A stretch of 64,000 nucleotides of DNA from an uncultured delta proteobacterium (GCA_963832165.1 CAWHTE010000007.1:544001-608000), one strand, 5' to 3'. Shown: positions 10,901 to 19,963, counted from the first letter of the stretch. Notes: generated by a model from the letters alone, not told the origin. Program-made: numbers and translations.

Positions 10901-12995
10901 TGTGGGCGTCGGTGAGGTCGGCATCGTCGAAGCTGAAGCTGTCGCTGGTGGTCAGGGTGCCCGTGTCGGCATTCGACCCGGCCTCGGTCACGCCCGCGTC
11001 GAACAGCGTCCCTGCGATCACCGGAGCGTCATTCGTGCCGGTGATCGTGATCCGCACCGTGGCGGAGTCGGACAGGGGTGTGCCCGCGTCATCGGTCACG
11101 GTGACCGTGAACTCCTCGACCCGGGTCTCGCCCTCGGCCAGGTACGCGACATCGGCGGCGTTGACGGAGTACGTGTAGCTGACTGTCCCATCGCCAGCGC
11201 CGGTGGCGGCGTCCGTGATCGAGAGCGCGGAGAGGGTCCCGAAGGTCGTGCCGACCGGCGTGAAGCCGACGGTGTGGGCGTCGGTGAGGTCGGCATCGTC
11301 GAAGCTGAAGCTGTCGCTGGTGGTCAGGGTGCCCGTGTCGGCATTCGACCCGGCCTCGGTCACGCCCGCGTCGAACAGCGTCCCTGCGATCACCGGAGCG
11401 TCGTTCGTGCCGGTGATCGTGATCCGCACCGTGGCGGAGTCGGACAGGGGTGTGCCCGCGTCATCGGTCACGGTGACCGTGAACTCCTCGACCCGGGTCT
11501 CGCCCTCGGCGAGGTAGGCGACGTCGGCGGCGTTCACGCTGTAGGTGAAGCTGACGGTGCCGTCGCCAAGGCCCGTGGCGGGGTCGGTGATCGAGAGCGT
11601 GGAGAGGGTCCCCAGCGTCGTGCCGACCGGCGTGAAGCCGACGGAGTGGGCGTCGGTCAGGTCCGCATCATCGAACGCGAAGGTCGAGCTCGTGGTGAGC
11701 GTGCCGGTGTCGACGTTGGAGCCCGCCTCGGTCACTCCGCCCGTGAACAGGTCACCAGCAATCACGGGCGCATCGTTCGTACCCGCAATCGTCACGCGCA
11801 CCGTCGCGTTGTCCGAGAGACCATTGACGTCGGTCACCGTGACCGTGAACTCCTCGACGCGCGTCTCACCCTCGGCCAGGTAGGCCGCGTCGGCGGCGTT
11901 GACGCCGTAAGTCCAGCTGACTGTGCCGTCGCCGGCACCCGTGGCCGGGTCCGAGATGGAGAGCGCGGACAGCGTTCCGAGCGTCGACCCGACCGGCGAA
12001 AAGGTCACCGTGTGCGTGTCCGTGACGTCGATATCGTCGAAGCTGAAGCTCGAGCTCGTACTGAGCGTCCCCGTGTCCACATTCGAGCCCGCCTCGGTCA
12101 CGCCGCCCGTGAACACCTCACCCGCGATCACGGGCGCATCGTTGGTTCCCGTGATCGTGACCTTGAAGGACACAGTATGCGTCGTAGTGCCGTCGACATT
12201 CGTCTGAAGGACGTTGTAGGTGAACGTGTGGCTCACCGATTCACCGGCGGCCAGCGAATCGGCATCGCTCGCGTCGATCGTGTACGAGCCATTCGCATCG
12301 AGCTTGATCTTGGCGTTGGCGAGGTCGACGAACGTGTACTCGACGCCGACCGCACCGCCGCTCCAGCCGGTCACGGAGAGCACGTCGCCCGCACCGGCGC
12401 CGTCGTTCGCGAGCACGTTTCCGCTCGCCGTGGCGTCCTCGAACACCGACGCCTCGTCCTTTGTCGGCGTGATCACCGCGAAGGTCACCTCGCCCGTCTT
12501 CGAAGAGCCGCTGCGCGAGGTCTCGAAGGTCCCATCTAGGTTGGAATCGAGCCCGACCGACGTGATGCGCGCGCCGAAGCAAACGTTGCTGAAGTCGGCC
12601 AGCGTCAGATCGCGCGCGCTCGAGTCGAGCGTGAACGTGAAGGTGCGCACGTCGTCGGTCGTCTTGAGGCCCGATGAGCCGATCTCCACACCCACGTCGT
12701 AGCCGCCGGCATCGCCGAGCAGCCCTTGCATGTTGGCGCCATTGCCCAGATCGGAGACGGTGTCGTTGCCCTGCTGGAACTCCGTCAGATTCGCGGCAGA
12801 AGAAGCGCTGAGGCTGCCGATCAGACTCTCGTCGGCAATGTCGAAGAACAGGCCGCGCAGGTCACCGACGTAACCCGCGAGCTGGGTAACGGTGAACGTG
12901 ACCGTTCCATCCGCGTTCTCGGTGATCACGATCTGCACGACGGGCGTGCTCCCGCCGGTGGACGAGTCATTGATCAGGAAGGTCATCGAACCCAT
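7926..12995 (-). CDS. Large T1SS-secreted VCBS/cadherin-like repeat adhesin with C-terminal RTX Ca-binding repeats
   Basis: Nine (T/S)NDAP-delimited units with YLAEGET..EEFTVTV; C-terminal GGxGxD-type nonamers (GSGDDTVYG, GDGNDYLDG); no Sec signal; directly downstream of the T1SS genes. Confidence 0.9.
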   Translation of the reverse strand: MGSMTFLINDSSTGGSTPVVQIVITENADGTVTFTVTQLAGYVGDLRGLFFDIADESLIGSLSASSAANLTEFQQGNDTVSDLGNGANMQGLLGDAGGYDVGVEIGSSGLKTTDDVRTFTFTLDSSARDLTLADFSNVCFGARITSVGLDSNLDGTFETSRSGSSKTGEVTFAVITPTKDEASVFEDATASGNVLANDGAGAGDVLSVTGWSGGAVGVEYTFVDLANAKIKLDANGSYTIDASDADSLAAGESVSHTFTYNVLQTNVDGTTTHTVSFKVTITGTNDAPVIAGEVFTGGVTEAGSNVDTGTLSTSSSFSFDDIDVTDTHTVTFSPVGSTLGTLSALSISDPATGAGDGTVSWTYGVNAADAAYLAEGETRVEEFTVTVTDVNGLSDNATVRVTIAGTNDAPVIAGDLFTGGVTEAGSNVDTGTLTTSSTFAFDDADLTDAHSVGFTPVGTTLGTLSTLSITDPATGLGDGTVSFTYSVNAADVAYLAEGETRVEEFTVTVTDDAGTPLSDSATVRITITGTNDAPVIAGTLFDAGVTEAGSNADTGTLTTSDSFSFDDADLTDAHTVGFTPVGTTFGTLSALSITDAATGAGDGTVSYTYSVNAADVAYLAEGETRVEEFTVTVTDDAGTPLSDSATVRITITGTNDAPVIAGTLFDAGVTEAGSNADTGTLTTSDSFSFDDADLTDAHTVGFTPVGTTFGTLSALSITDPATGAGDGTVSYTYSVNAADVAYLAEGETRVEEFTVTVTDDAGTPLSDSATVRITITGTNDAPVIAGTLFDAGVNEAGSNVDTGTLTTSDSFSFDDADLTDAHTVGFTPVGMTFGTLSALSISDAATGLGDGTVSFTYSVNEADVAYLAEGETRVEEFTVTVTDDAGTPLSDSATVRITITGTNDAPVIAGTLFDAGVTEAGSNVDTGTLTTSDSFSFDDADLTDAHTVGFTPVGMTFGTLSALSITDAATGAGDGTVSYTYSVNAADVAYLAEGETRIEEFTVTVTDDAGTPLSDSATVRITITGTNDAPVIAGTLFNAGVTEAGSNADTGILTTSDSFSFDDADLTDAHTVGFTPVGTTFGTLSTLTISDPATDAGDGTVSYTYSVNAADVAYLAEGETRVEEFTVTVTDDAGTPLSDSATVRITITGSNDAPIVAAIDVTGGVTELTTPAGDLTDTGTIAFSDVDLLDVHSVGPVTPSAGALGALTASVTTQASDVNGTGGVITWNYSVAASAVEFLAAGETKIETFTFDLSDGQGGNVARTVSVTITGTNDAPDLRIVTTDGAAATLTETNAGLTASDTLTVTDVDTTDVIGSAVSSVVASGATAGLGLTNAQLLAMMTVAPTSGLPADSGDAHNLTWTFDSGAQAFNYLNSGESLVLNYSISSSDGHGGDDTQQVTVTINGSADGPTDIVLTGFTPGQTNVPAGSLGQFSAVGAAGAVTFSATLVEKDLAGTTQSDATADITVSSSGLVSGVTGPNGIQEGRIYELNTTATDGGGSLTQLFRVVTGTTGGETINLGSTPDDLVFLAAGNDTIFSGSGDDTVYGQSGTDLIHGGDGNDYLDGMNGTDTFFFDTPLNATTNVDTINDFNAQNGNPNADTVFLSTSVFAGIGSGSGTLAAADYASVNTSGSGDVSALSVGASVNIVFDSSTGGLFYDANGGSLADATKFAVVDVVAGTFDNGDIKFGP
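9545..12150 (-). repeat. Intragenic tandem array of seven near-identical units with a 372-bp (124-aa) period
   Basis: Identical blocks recur every 372 bp (e.g. antisense ORF starts at 10087, 10831 and 11203). The first unit is slightly shorter and more diverged. Confidence 0.9.
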
Positions 12996-13029
12996 GGTCG
13001 TGTCTCTCGGCAGTTGCCTTGGTTGGTGG

Positions 13030-14367
13030 TTAGGACTCTCTGCCCGCTCGCCGGAGTCCCGTGGTGACCGGCTCGAGCAGGTATTGCAGTGCGGTGCGCT
13101 TCTCGCCCTCGAGGTAGACCTCGGCCGGCATGCCGGCCTGCAGCTTCAGGTTGCCGGCGTCGCGCAGTGACGCAGCATCGGTCTCGATCAGCGTCTCGTA
13201 ATAGGGCTCGTGCGTGTCGGGATCGACGAGGCGATCGCCGCCCACGTACACGACGCGGCCCGCCACCGTCTTGGTGACGCCGTGCTTGAACGCCGTGAAG
13301 CGCAGGTTCGCAACCTGATCGCGGTAGATGCGGCTGATGTCCTCGGTCCGCACGCGCGCCTCGACGACGAGCTTCACGTCCTGCGGCACGATCTCCGCGA
13401 TCGTCTCACGCGGCGAGATCACCGCGCCTGGCGTCGCGTACTTGAGATGGATCACCTCGCCGCTCGCAGGTGCCACGATCAGCTGGCGCTCGGACGCATC
13501 CGTCCACTTGCGCAGCTCCTGCTCCAGCTGCGCGACGCGCGTGGCGCTCTCGCGCAGCTCGTCGCTCGCGGTCTGCCGGTACTGGCCCTCGATCGTGCTG
13601 GCTTTGAGGTCGATCTCGGCGAGCCGCTGCTGTGCGCGCGCGAGCTCGGAACGCCGCTCCTCGATGTCCGCCGCATAGTCCGTGGACACCGTCTCGAGCT
13701 GCCGCACACGCGCCGCCGAGATATAGCCGTCTTCGAGAAGCTTGCGGTTGTTGGCGAGCTCGGTCTGGCGCAGCTGCAGCGACTCGTCGCCGCGGTCGAG
13801 CTGCGCCTGGAGCGCCGCGATCTCCTGCATGACGCGCGCGCGCTGCTTGTGCAACAGCTGGGTCTGGTTGAGCAGCGCGCTGTGCCGCGCGTCGAATAGC
13901 GCGCGCTCCTTCTCGAGCTGCTTCGCGAGCGGGCCCGGCTCGCTCGCCGCGGCGAGCAGCTCGCCGGGAAAATCCACGGCAGGAGCGAGCGCCTGCTCGG
14001 CCTCGAGCCGTGCAATCCCGAGTCGCTCGGCCTGCAGGCGGCCGGTGTACTGGTGCAGGTTCGCGTCGACCGCGACATCGCCGAGCACGAGCAGCGGCTC
14101 TCCCTGCCGGACCTGTTGGCCGTCGCGCACGCGGACCTCGCGCACGATGCCGCCCTCCTGGTGCTGCACCAGGCGCCGGTTCAGGTCGACCTTCACGAAG
14201 CCGCTCGCGATCACGGCCGAGGACAGCGGTGCGATCGAGAGCCACAGCACAACCGGCAACAGTCCGAATCCGAGCACCGCGAGCCCGCGCGTCCACAGCT
14301 GCGATGCCTCGCGCGCGTGCTCGAAGAGCGATTCGTCGACGGCCGGCGTCGGCGCGGCTTGCATCAC
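13030..14367 (-). CDS. HlyD/PrtE-family type I secretion membrane fusion protein
   Basis: N-terminal TM segment, VQHQEGGIVREVRVRDG, long coiled coil, IVAPASG, LQAGMPAEV and YLLEP. Confidence 0.93.
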   Translation of the reverse strand: MMQAAPTPAVDESLFEHAREASQLWTRGLAVLGFGLLPVVLWLSIAPLSSAVIASGFVKVDLNRRLVQHQEGGIVREVRVRDGQQVRQGEPLLVLGDVAVDANLHQYTGRLQAERLGIARLEAEQALAPAVDFPGELLAAASEPGPLAKQLEKERALFDARHSALLNQTQLLHKQRARVMQEIAALQAQLDRGDESLQLRQTELANNRKLLEDGYISAARVRQLETVSTDYAADIEERRSELARAQQRLAEIDLKASTIEGQYRQTASDELRESATRVAQLEQELRKWTDASERQLIVAPASGEVIHLKYATPGAVISPRETIAEIVPQDVKLVVEARVRTEDISRIYRDQVANLRFTAFKHGVTKTVAGRVVYVGGDRLVDPDTHEPYYETLIETDAASLRDAGNLKLQAGMPAEVYLEGEKRTALQYLLEPVTTGLRRAGRES

Positions 14368-16097
14368 GACGTCTGCTCCAGCCGCACGATCTCGACCGGG
14401 CGCGAGATCGGGACGACGTTGGCGGGAATGCCGGACTTCTGCCGCTCGATCGCCGCGAGCACCTGCGCGGCCGCGCCGAAGTGCAGGGCGCGGCCCGCTT
14501 CGAGCACGAGCATGTGCGTCACGTGCTGGATCAGCGTGTTGCGGTGGGTTACGACGATCACGGTCACCGATTGCTCGCGGAGCTCGGCGAGCGCATCGGC
14601 CAGCGCGCGCTCGCCCGCGCCGTCGAGATTCGAGTTCGGCTCGTCGAGGATCACGAGCCGCGGGTTGCCGTAGAGAGCGCGCGCGAGCGCGATCCGCTGG
14701 CGCTGGCCCGGAGACAGCTGTACGCCGCCGACGTCCACCTGCGTGTCGTAGCCCTCCGGAAGCGACAGGATCATCTCGTGTGCGCGCGCGCGCTGCGCGG
14801 CGCGGACGACCTGCTCGGAGTCGACCACCCCGAGCCGCGCGATGTTCTCTGCGACGGTTCCCTGGAACAGCTCGACGTCCTGCGGCAGGTAGCCGATCGA
14901 CGGGCCGAGCGCCTCGCGCGGCCAGCGCGACAGGTCCGCGCCATCGAGGCGCACGACGCCCGCGGAGGGCTTCCAGATCCCGGCCAGCATGCGCACCAGC
15001 GTCGACTTGCCCGCGGCGCTCGGGCCGACGATGGCGAGCGCTTCGCCGGGCGCCAGCGAGAGTGACACGTTCTGAAGCACCAGGCGGTCGCTAGTCGGCG
15101 GCCGGTAGACGAGGTTCTGCGCGGCGATCGCACCCTGAGGCTCTGGCAGCTTCATGAGCTCCGACCCGTTCGCGCCGGTGCCGAGCAGCGCGACGAGCCG
15201 CGCGTGCGCCATGCGCGCCTCGGCCAGCACGCGCCAGCTCGCGACGATCTGCTCGACGGGCGCGAGCGCGCGCCCGAGCAGGATCGTGGTGGCGATCATC
15301 ACGCCCGGGGTGGCCTCGTGCGTGACGACGAGGTACGCGCCGATCGAGAGCATGGCGATCTGGACCACCTGGCGCAGCGAGCGCGCACTCGCGGTGAGCG
15401 CGACCGTCATGCGCGCCAAGGGGCGCTGAAGCTCGTTCACCTTGCCGTTGAGCTGCCGCCAGCGGCCGATCAGCCCGGGCGCCATGCCGAGCGCATGCAC
15501 CACCTCGGCGTTGGCGAGTGAAGCCTCGAGATAGCGGTTCGAGTGCACCGCCTCGCGCTGTAGCATCTCGATTCCGCTGCGCGTCAGACGATCGTTCAAC
15601 AGCGCGAGCGCGAGCATGACCACGGCGCTCGCGAGCGCCGCGAGGCCGAGCAGCGGGTGGCAGAGCCAGATCACCGCCACGTACACGACGAGCCAGGGCG
15701 CGTCGAAGAGTGCGATCAGGCCGTGCGAGGAGAACAGGGCGCGCAGCGTTCCGACGTCGCGCAGGGCTTCGTTGGGCACGCCTTCCGCGGCGCGTGCCCG
15801 CGCCGCGATCACGAGCTGCGCGACAGCCGGCGCAAGCGCGTCGCCGACCATGTTGCCGAGCACGCCCTGCAGCCTTCCGCGCAGGTAGTCGAGCGCGAGC
15901 GCAATTCCCAGCGCGATCACCGCCCCGAGCAGCAGAACTGCGAGCGTCTCGCGGCTCTGGCTCACGAGCACGCGGTCGAACACCTGCAGCAGGAAGATGG
16001 ACGGCACGAGCATGAGCAGGTGGCCGACGAACGAAAACACCGCGACGTGCAGCAGTGAACGCCGCATCGAGCAAGCGAGGAGGTTCAGGGTGGGCAC
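14364..16097 (-). CDS. PrtD-family type I secretion ABC permease/ATPase
   Basis: LQVFDRVLVSQS, FDAPW, Walker A GPSAAGKST, LSPGQRQRI, LDEPNSNLD; 4-bp overlap with the MFP gene. Confidence 0.93.
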   Translation of the reverse strand: MPTLNLLACSMRRSLLHVAVFSFVGHLLMLVPSIFLLQVFDRVLVSQSRETLAVLLLGAVIALGIALALDYLRGRLQGVLGNMVGDALAPAVAQLVIAARARAAEGVPNEALRDVGTLRALFSSHGLIALFDAPWLVVYVAVIWLCHPLLGLAALASAVVMLALALLNDRLTRSGIEMLQREAVHSNRYLEASLANAEVVHALGMAPGLIGRWRQLNGKVNELQRPLARMTVALTASARSLRQVVQIAMLSIGAYLVVTHEATPGVMIATTILLGRALAPVEQIVASWRVLAEARMAHARLVALLGTGANGSELMKLPEPQGAIAAQNLVYRPPTSDRLVLQNVSLSLAPGEALAIVGPSAAGKSTLVRMLAGIWKPSAGVVRLDGADLSRWPREALGPSIGYLPQDVELFQGTVAENIARLGVVDSEQVVRAAQRARAHEMILSLPEGYDTQVDVGGVQLSPGQRQRIALARALYGNPRLVILDEPNSNLDGAGERALADALAELREQSVTVIVVTHRNTLIQHVTHMLVLEAGRALHFGAAAQVLAAIERQKSGIPANVVPISRPVEIVRLEQTS

Positions 16098-16236
16098 GCC
16101 TAACTTGAGTGCCCGGTTGCGGAACGCCGGTTACTCCGCGCCCGGAAAGAATATCGAGTGGCACAAGCAAATCGTGCGCAACTCGGTCTCTCGTAGGGCG
16201 GATTAACGAGCGAAGCGAGCGCAATCCGCGTGCGGC

Positions 16237-16268
16237 GACCCGATCCTCACTCGCGCAAGGATCGGGTC
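16237..16268. other. Perfect 11-bp inverted repeat hairpin downstream of ALDH
   Basis: GACCCGATCCT-N10-AGGATCGGGTC; no clear U-tract, so a terminator role is uncertain. Confidence 0.45.
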
Positions 16269-16315
16269 ACCCGGAGCTCCGCGGAGCCGGTCAGCTGGGA
16301 AGGTCGACGCCCCGC

Positions 16316-17800
16316 CTACTTTACGTGCGCGGGCTTCTCATCGAGCAGGACCGTCTTCGACTCGAGGAACGGATACAGGCCCTCGACGCCGCCCTCGCGG
16401 CCGATGCCCGACTGCTTGAAGCCGCCGAACGCGATGTTGAAGTCGGTGCGGAAGCAGTTGTGGCCAACCGTGCCCGACCGCAGCTCGCGCGCGGTCGAGT
16501 AGGCGCGCTCGACGTCGTTGGTGAACACCGAAGCGTTGAGGCCGTAGATCGAGTCGTTGGCGACATCGACTGCAGCAGCTTCGTTGTCGACCGGAATCAC
16601 CGAGAGCACCGGCCCGAAGATCTCCTCGCGCGCGATCGTCGAGTGGTTGTCGACGTTGCCGAACACGGTCGGCTCGATGAACCAGCCGCGTGCCAGGTCC
16701 TTCGGCCGCCCGCCTCCGGTCGCGAGCTTCGCGCCCTCTTCCTTGCCCTTGGCGATGTAGTGCTCGACGCGATCGCGCTGGCGGCTCATCGCGAGCGGAC
16801 CCATGCGCGTCGTGGGGCTGTACGGGTCGCCCACCGTCACCTGCTTGAACGAGGCGCTCAGCGCGTCGACGAGCTCGTCGTGGCGCTTCTTCGTCACGAC
16901 GATCCGCGTGAGCGACGAGCAGACCTGGCCCGTCAGGAACGGGGCGTAGCCCGCGATCGTCGCGGCGGCACGGCCGATGTCGAAGTCGTCCAGGATCACC
17001 GCGGCCGACTTGCCGCCGAGCTCGAGCGTGCAACGCGCGATGCGCTCCCCGCAGATCGAGGCGATCTTGCGCCCCGCTGCGGTCGACCCCGTGAAGGTCA
17101 CCTTGTCGACGTTGGGGTGACGGACGAGCAGCTCCGACACTTCGCGATTGGCGGTGAGCACGTTGATCACGCCGGAGGGAAGGCCGACCGCCTCGCACGC
17201 CTCCGCGAGGATGTACCCCGCACCGGGGGCCTCGGGCGAGCACTTGAGGATCACCACGCAGCCCGCGAGCAGCGCGGGCGCGCACTTGTACGCGATCAGC
17301 GAGGACGGCGCGTTCCAGGGAATGATCGCCGTGACGACACCGACCGGCTCGCGCACGAGCAGGCCGATGTTGCCGCTCCCGGGTCCCGGTTGGCGCTGCT
17401 CCTCGAACGGGAACGTGTCGGCGAGATCGGCGTAGTAGCGCCAGATGGCGCCGATCCCGGCCGAGCCGCCCTTCGCGATGCCGTGGATGACGCCCGATTC
17501 GTTCGTCCAGATCTGCGCCAGATCATCGGTGCGCTTGTCCATCTCGCTTGCGATCGCGCGCAGATACTTCGCCCGGTCGGCGTGGCTCATGCGCGGCCAG
17601 GGTCCGCGGTCGAATGCCTGGCGCGCTGCCGCGACCGCCTTCTCGACGTCGGGGGCCTGCGCCTCGGCGACCTGGACGAACAATTCCTCGGTGCCGCTAT
17701 TGATGACGTCGATCTTCGACGAGCTGGACGGGGAGGCCCAGCTTCCGTCGATGAAGAAGCGGTCGGGATGCTTGATCGGTGCGGGGGTCGGGTCGCTCAT
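16316..17800 (-). CDS. Aldehyde dehydrogenase
   Basis: IIPWNAP, FTGSTAAG, LELGGKS, GQVC, EEIFGPV, FGGFKQSGIGRE; AAGGAGG RBS before ATG 17800. Confidence 0.95.
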   Translation of the reverse strand: MSDPTPAPIKHPDRFFIDGSWASPSSSSKIDVINSGTEELFVQVAEAQAPDVEKAVAAARQAFDRGPWPRMSHADRAKYLRAIASEMDKRTDDLAQIWTNESGVIHGIAKGGSAGIGAIWRYYADLADTFPFEEQRQPGPGSGNIGLLVREPVGVVTAIIPWNAPSSLIAYKCAPALLAGCVVILKCSPEAPGAGYILAEACEAVGLPSGVINVLTANREVSELLVRHPNVDKVTFTGSTAAGRKIASICGERIARCTLELGGKSAAVILDDFDIGRAAATIAGYAPFLTGQVCSSLTRIVVTKKRHDELVDALSASFKQVTVGDPYSPTTRMGPLAMSRQRDRVEHYIAKGKEEGAKLATGGGRPKDLARGWFIEPTVFGNVDNHSTIAREEIFGPVLSVIPVDNEAAAVDVANDSIYGLNASVFTNDVERAYSTARELRSGTVGHNCFRTDFNIAFGGFKQSGIGREGGVEGLYPFLESKTVLLDEKPAHVK

Positions 17801-17857
17801 GGGGTCCTCCTTGGGGGACTCGGACGATATCACGAGGCGACCTCTCGGACCCCCCGT

Positions 17858-18778
17858 TTACTTCCCGCCGAGGCTCATCCAAACGAGCGTTATCAATTGA
17901 TCGGTCTTGATGAAGCCGTCGCCCCATTCGGCCTCGAGGTGGGCCAGGGGCTTGCTGGCGACGAACTTCTCGAGCGTCTTGCCCGACGCAATGCTCTTCT
18001 CGACCCGCCCCTTCACGTCCACGAGCATGTCGCGAAACACGACGAGGTCGGCGCGCGTCGCGAGCGGGCCGTGGCCTGGGACGATCTTCGTCTGATCGTT
18101 CGCGCGCGCGAGCGCGCGGTTCGCGGAGTCGATCAGGCCCGTGATCGTTCCGCCGCTCTCGACGTCGATGAACGGAAAGAAGCCGTTCACGAACGTGTCG
18201 CCCATGTGCACGACGTTCGCGTTCGCGAACCAGATGTGGGCATCGCCATCCGTGTGCGCGGGCGCGACGTGCTCGACCTGGATCGTCTCGCCGTTCCAGT
18301 GCAGCGTGACGCCCTCGGCGAACGTGACCACGGGCAGCGCCGCGGCCGGCTGCGCGGGCATCTTCCGGTTCATGAACTTCGAGAACTGATCCATCGACAT
18401 GCGCTTGCGCACGTTCTCGTGCGCGAAGATCACGGCTCCGGCGCCCGTCATCGGCTCGTTGCCGCCCGTGTGATCGCCGTGGAAATGTGTGTTGATCACG
18501 AACCGGATCGGCGCGTCCTGCAGCGCGCGCACCGCCGCGACGATCTTCGGCACCATCGGCACGAACTGATCGTCCACGATCACGGGACCGTCGGTTCCGA
18601 TACACACCGCGATGTTCCCGCCCGCGAAGCCGCCCACGCCTTCGAGCATCGCGACACCCGGAGCGAGCTGCGTCGTCTTGAGCGAGATCTTCGAGAAGTC
18701 CTGCTCCTGGGCGCTTGCCGCCGCCGTCGCGAGCAGCACCGCGCACAGAAGCCACGCGCCCGATCGCTGCGCATGCAT
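17858..18778 (-). CDS. Secreted MBL-fold metallo-hydrolase (cyclase-like)
   Basis: Signal peptide; NTHFHGDHTGGN, AHTDGD, HMGD and IVPGHG motifs. Confidence 0.9.
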   Translation of the reverse strand: MHAQRSGAWLLCAVLLATAAASAQEQDFSKISLKTTQLAPGVAMLEGVGGFAGGNIAVCIGTDGPVIVDDQFVPMVPKIVAAVRALQDAPIRFVINTHFHGDHTGGNEPMTGAGAVIFAHENVRKRMSMDQFSKFMNRKMPAQPAAALPVVTFAEGVTLHWNGETIQVEHVAPAHTDGDAHIWFANANVVHMGDTFVNGFFPFIDVESGGTITGLIDSANRALARANDQTKIVPGHGPLATRADLVVFRDMLVDVKGRVEKSIASGKTLEKFVASKPLAHLEAEWGDGFIKTDQLITLVWMSLGGK

Positions 18779-18792
18779 GTCGTTTCCCTTTC

Positions 18793-19821
18793 TCAGAGGT
18801 GAATCTCGAAGCGGATCTCGACGTAGGGCGACGGGTCGGAGCGGCGCGACAAGAGCGTTCCCAGATCCTCCTCGTGCACGCGGATTCTCCGGTCCAGGAG
18901 CGCGCCCATTTCGAGCTCGAGCTGCAGCCAGTTGGCGAGGATCCAGTCGATTCCGCCCCCGATCCGGATGTGGCGTTCCCGGAACGAGAGATCGCCGAAC
19001 CCCGGGCGATCGCTGAGCCGGTATCCGTCGCTCGAGCGGAAGCCCGCGATGAAGAGGCCGAACGCGGGTGTGACCCCGACCTCCACCTGGAGTCCCAGCT
19101 CGCGCGTGCGCAGCGTGACGAGCTCGTTAGGCCGCCAGCGCAGTGCGAAGATCGGGTCTAGGTCCACCTCTGCATCGTGGAACGGCGACCGCAGCGAGAC
19201 GCCGAGCGCCAGGCGTAGTCTTTTCCCGACTTCGTAGCCGAAACCGAGTGCGCCGCCCATGGACGTGCCGTCATCGAAGTCCCCGTTCTCCCAGCGCGAC
19301 CCGCCGTAGATCGATCCGACCACCGACCACCGCTCGCCCTTCACGAACCAGTCCGTGGAATCGCTGATCAAGCGGGCGCCGTCGATCGCGATCCGGAACG
19401 CGTGCAGGTCGAGATCGCCGATCCGCTCGTCGGCGTCGAAGGTCTGTCCGGTGATCGGATGCACGTCCGTGCCCGTGCCCCAGACGTCGCCCTGAAAGTC
19501 GTACTGCGTCTCCGCGAGCTGGAGCGCGATGCGCGACACGAAGCGCTCGGTTGCGAGCCACGTCAAGCGCGCTCGGAGCTCGGGTCGCACCACGGTCATG
19601 TCTCCGTCGCCGATCGACGCTTGCGGTGCCGTGAACAACGCGAGGTGCATCCGAAGCGCTTCGCTGATATCGAGCTCGGGAAACGGTGGCGCGGCGAGGA
19701 AGGAGAGCTCGCCCGCCACGTTGCCTTCCACGGTGGACTGATCGTCGTCGGGCTTCTCCGCAGCCGAGGGCGCTGCGGCGCCGAGTGCTCCCGCGAGCGC
19801 GAGCGCTGCCACTCGCGCCAT
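18793..19821 (-). CDS. Hypothetical outer-membrane beta-barrel-like protein
   Basis: Signal peptide MARVAALALAGALGAAAPSAA; alternating amphipathic strands; C-terminal YVEIRFEIHL. Alternative start at 19866. Confidence 0.6.
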   Translation of the reverse strand: MARVAALALAGALGAAAPSAAEKPDDDQSTVEGNVAGELSFLAAPPFPELDISEALRMHLALFTAPQASIGDGDMTVVRPELRARLTWLATERFVSRIALQLAETQYDFQGDVWGTGTDVHPITGQTFDADERIGDLDLHAFRIAIDGARLISDSTDWFVKGERWSVVGSIYGGSRWENGDFDDGTSMGGALGFGYEVGKRLRLALGVSLRSPFHDAEVDLDPIFALRWRPNELVTLRTRELGLQVEVGVTPAFGLFIAGFRSSDGYRLSDRPGFGDLSFRERHIRIGGGIDWILANWLQLELEMGALLDRRIRVHEEDLGTLLSRRSDPSPYVEIRFEIHL

Positions 19822-19882
19822 GCGCGAGGTGCGACGCACCGGCCTGCGCGCAGAGAGCGTCCCCATCACGTTCCGTCGAGAT

Positions 19883-19898
19883 AGCACGATCCGTGCCA
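19883..19898 (-). promoter_or_regulatory. Sigma-54 promoter candidate for the barrel-MBL-ALDH run
   Basis: The minus strand reads TGGCACGGATCGTGCT (GG-N10-GC, exact TGGCACG), in the divergent intergenic region. Confidence 0.55.
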
Positions 19899-19963
19899 CT
19901 TCGGGATCGAGTGGTAAAAATGGGAACCCGAACCCGCCGCGGGCCGGTGCATAATGGTGGGGA

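Noticed and set aside
9545..12150. Tandem array as a CRISPR or DGR-like element
   Set aside because: The repeats are 372-bp in-frame coding units with no unique spacers, and there is no cas or reverse transcriptase gene.
8331..12539. 1402-aa plus-strand ORF
   Set aside because: Antisense shadow of the GC-rich repetitive adhesin; Arg/Gly-rich with no recognisable motifs.
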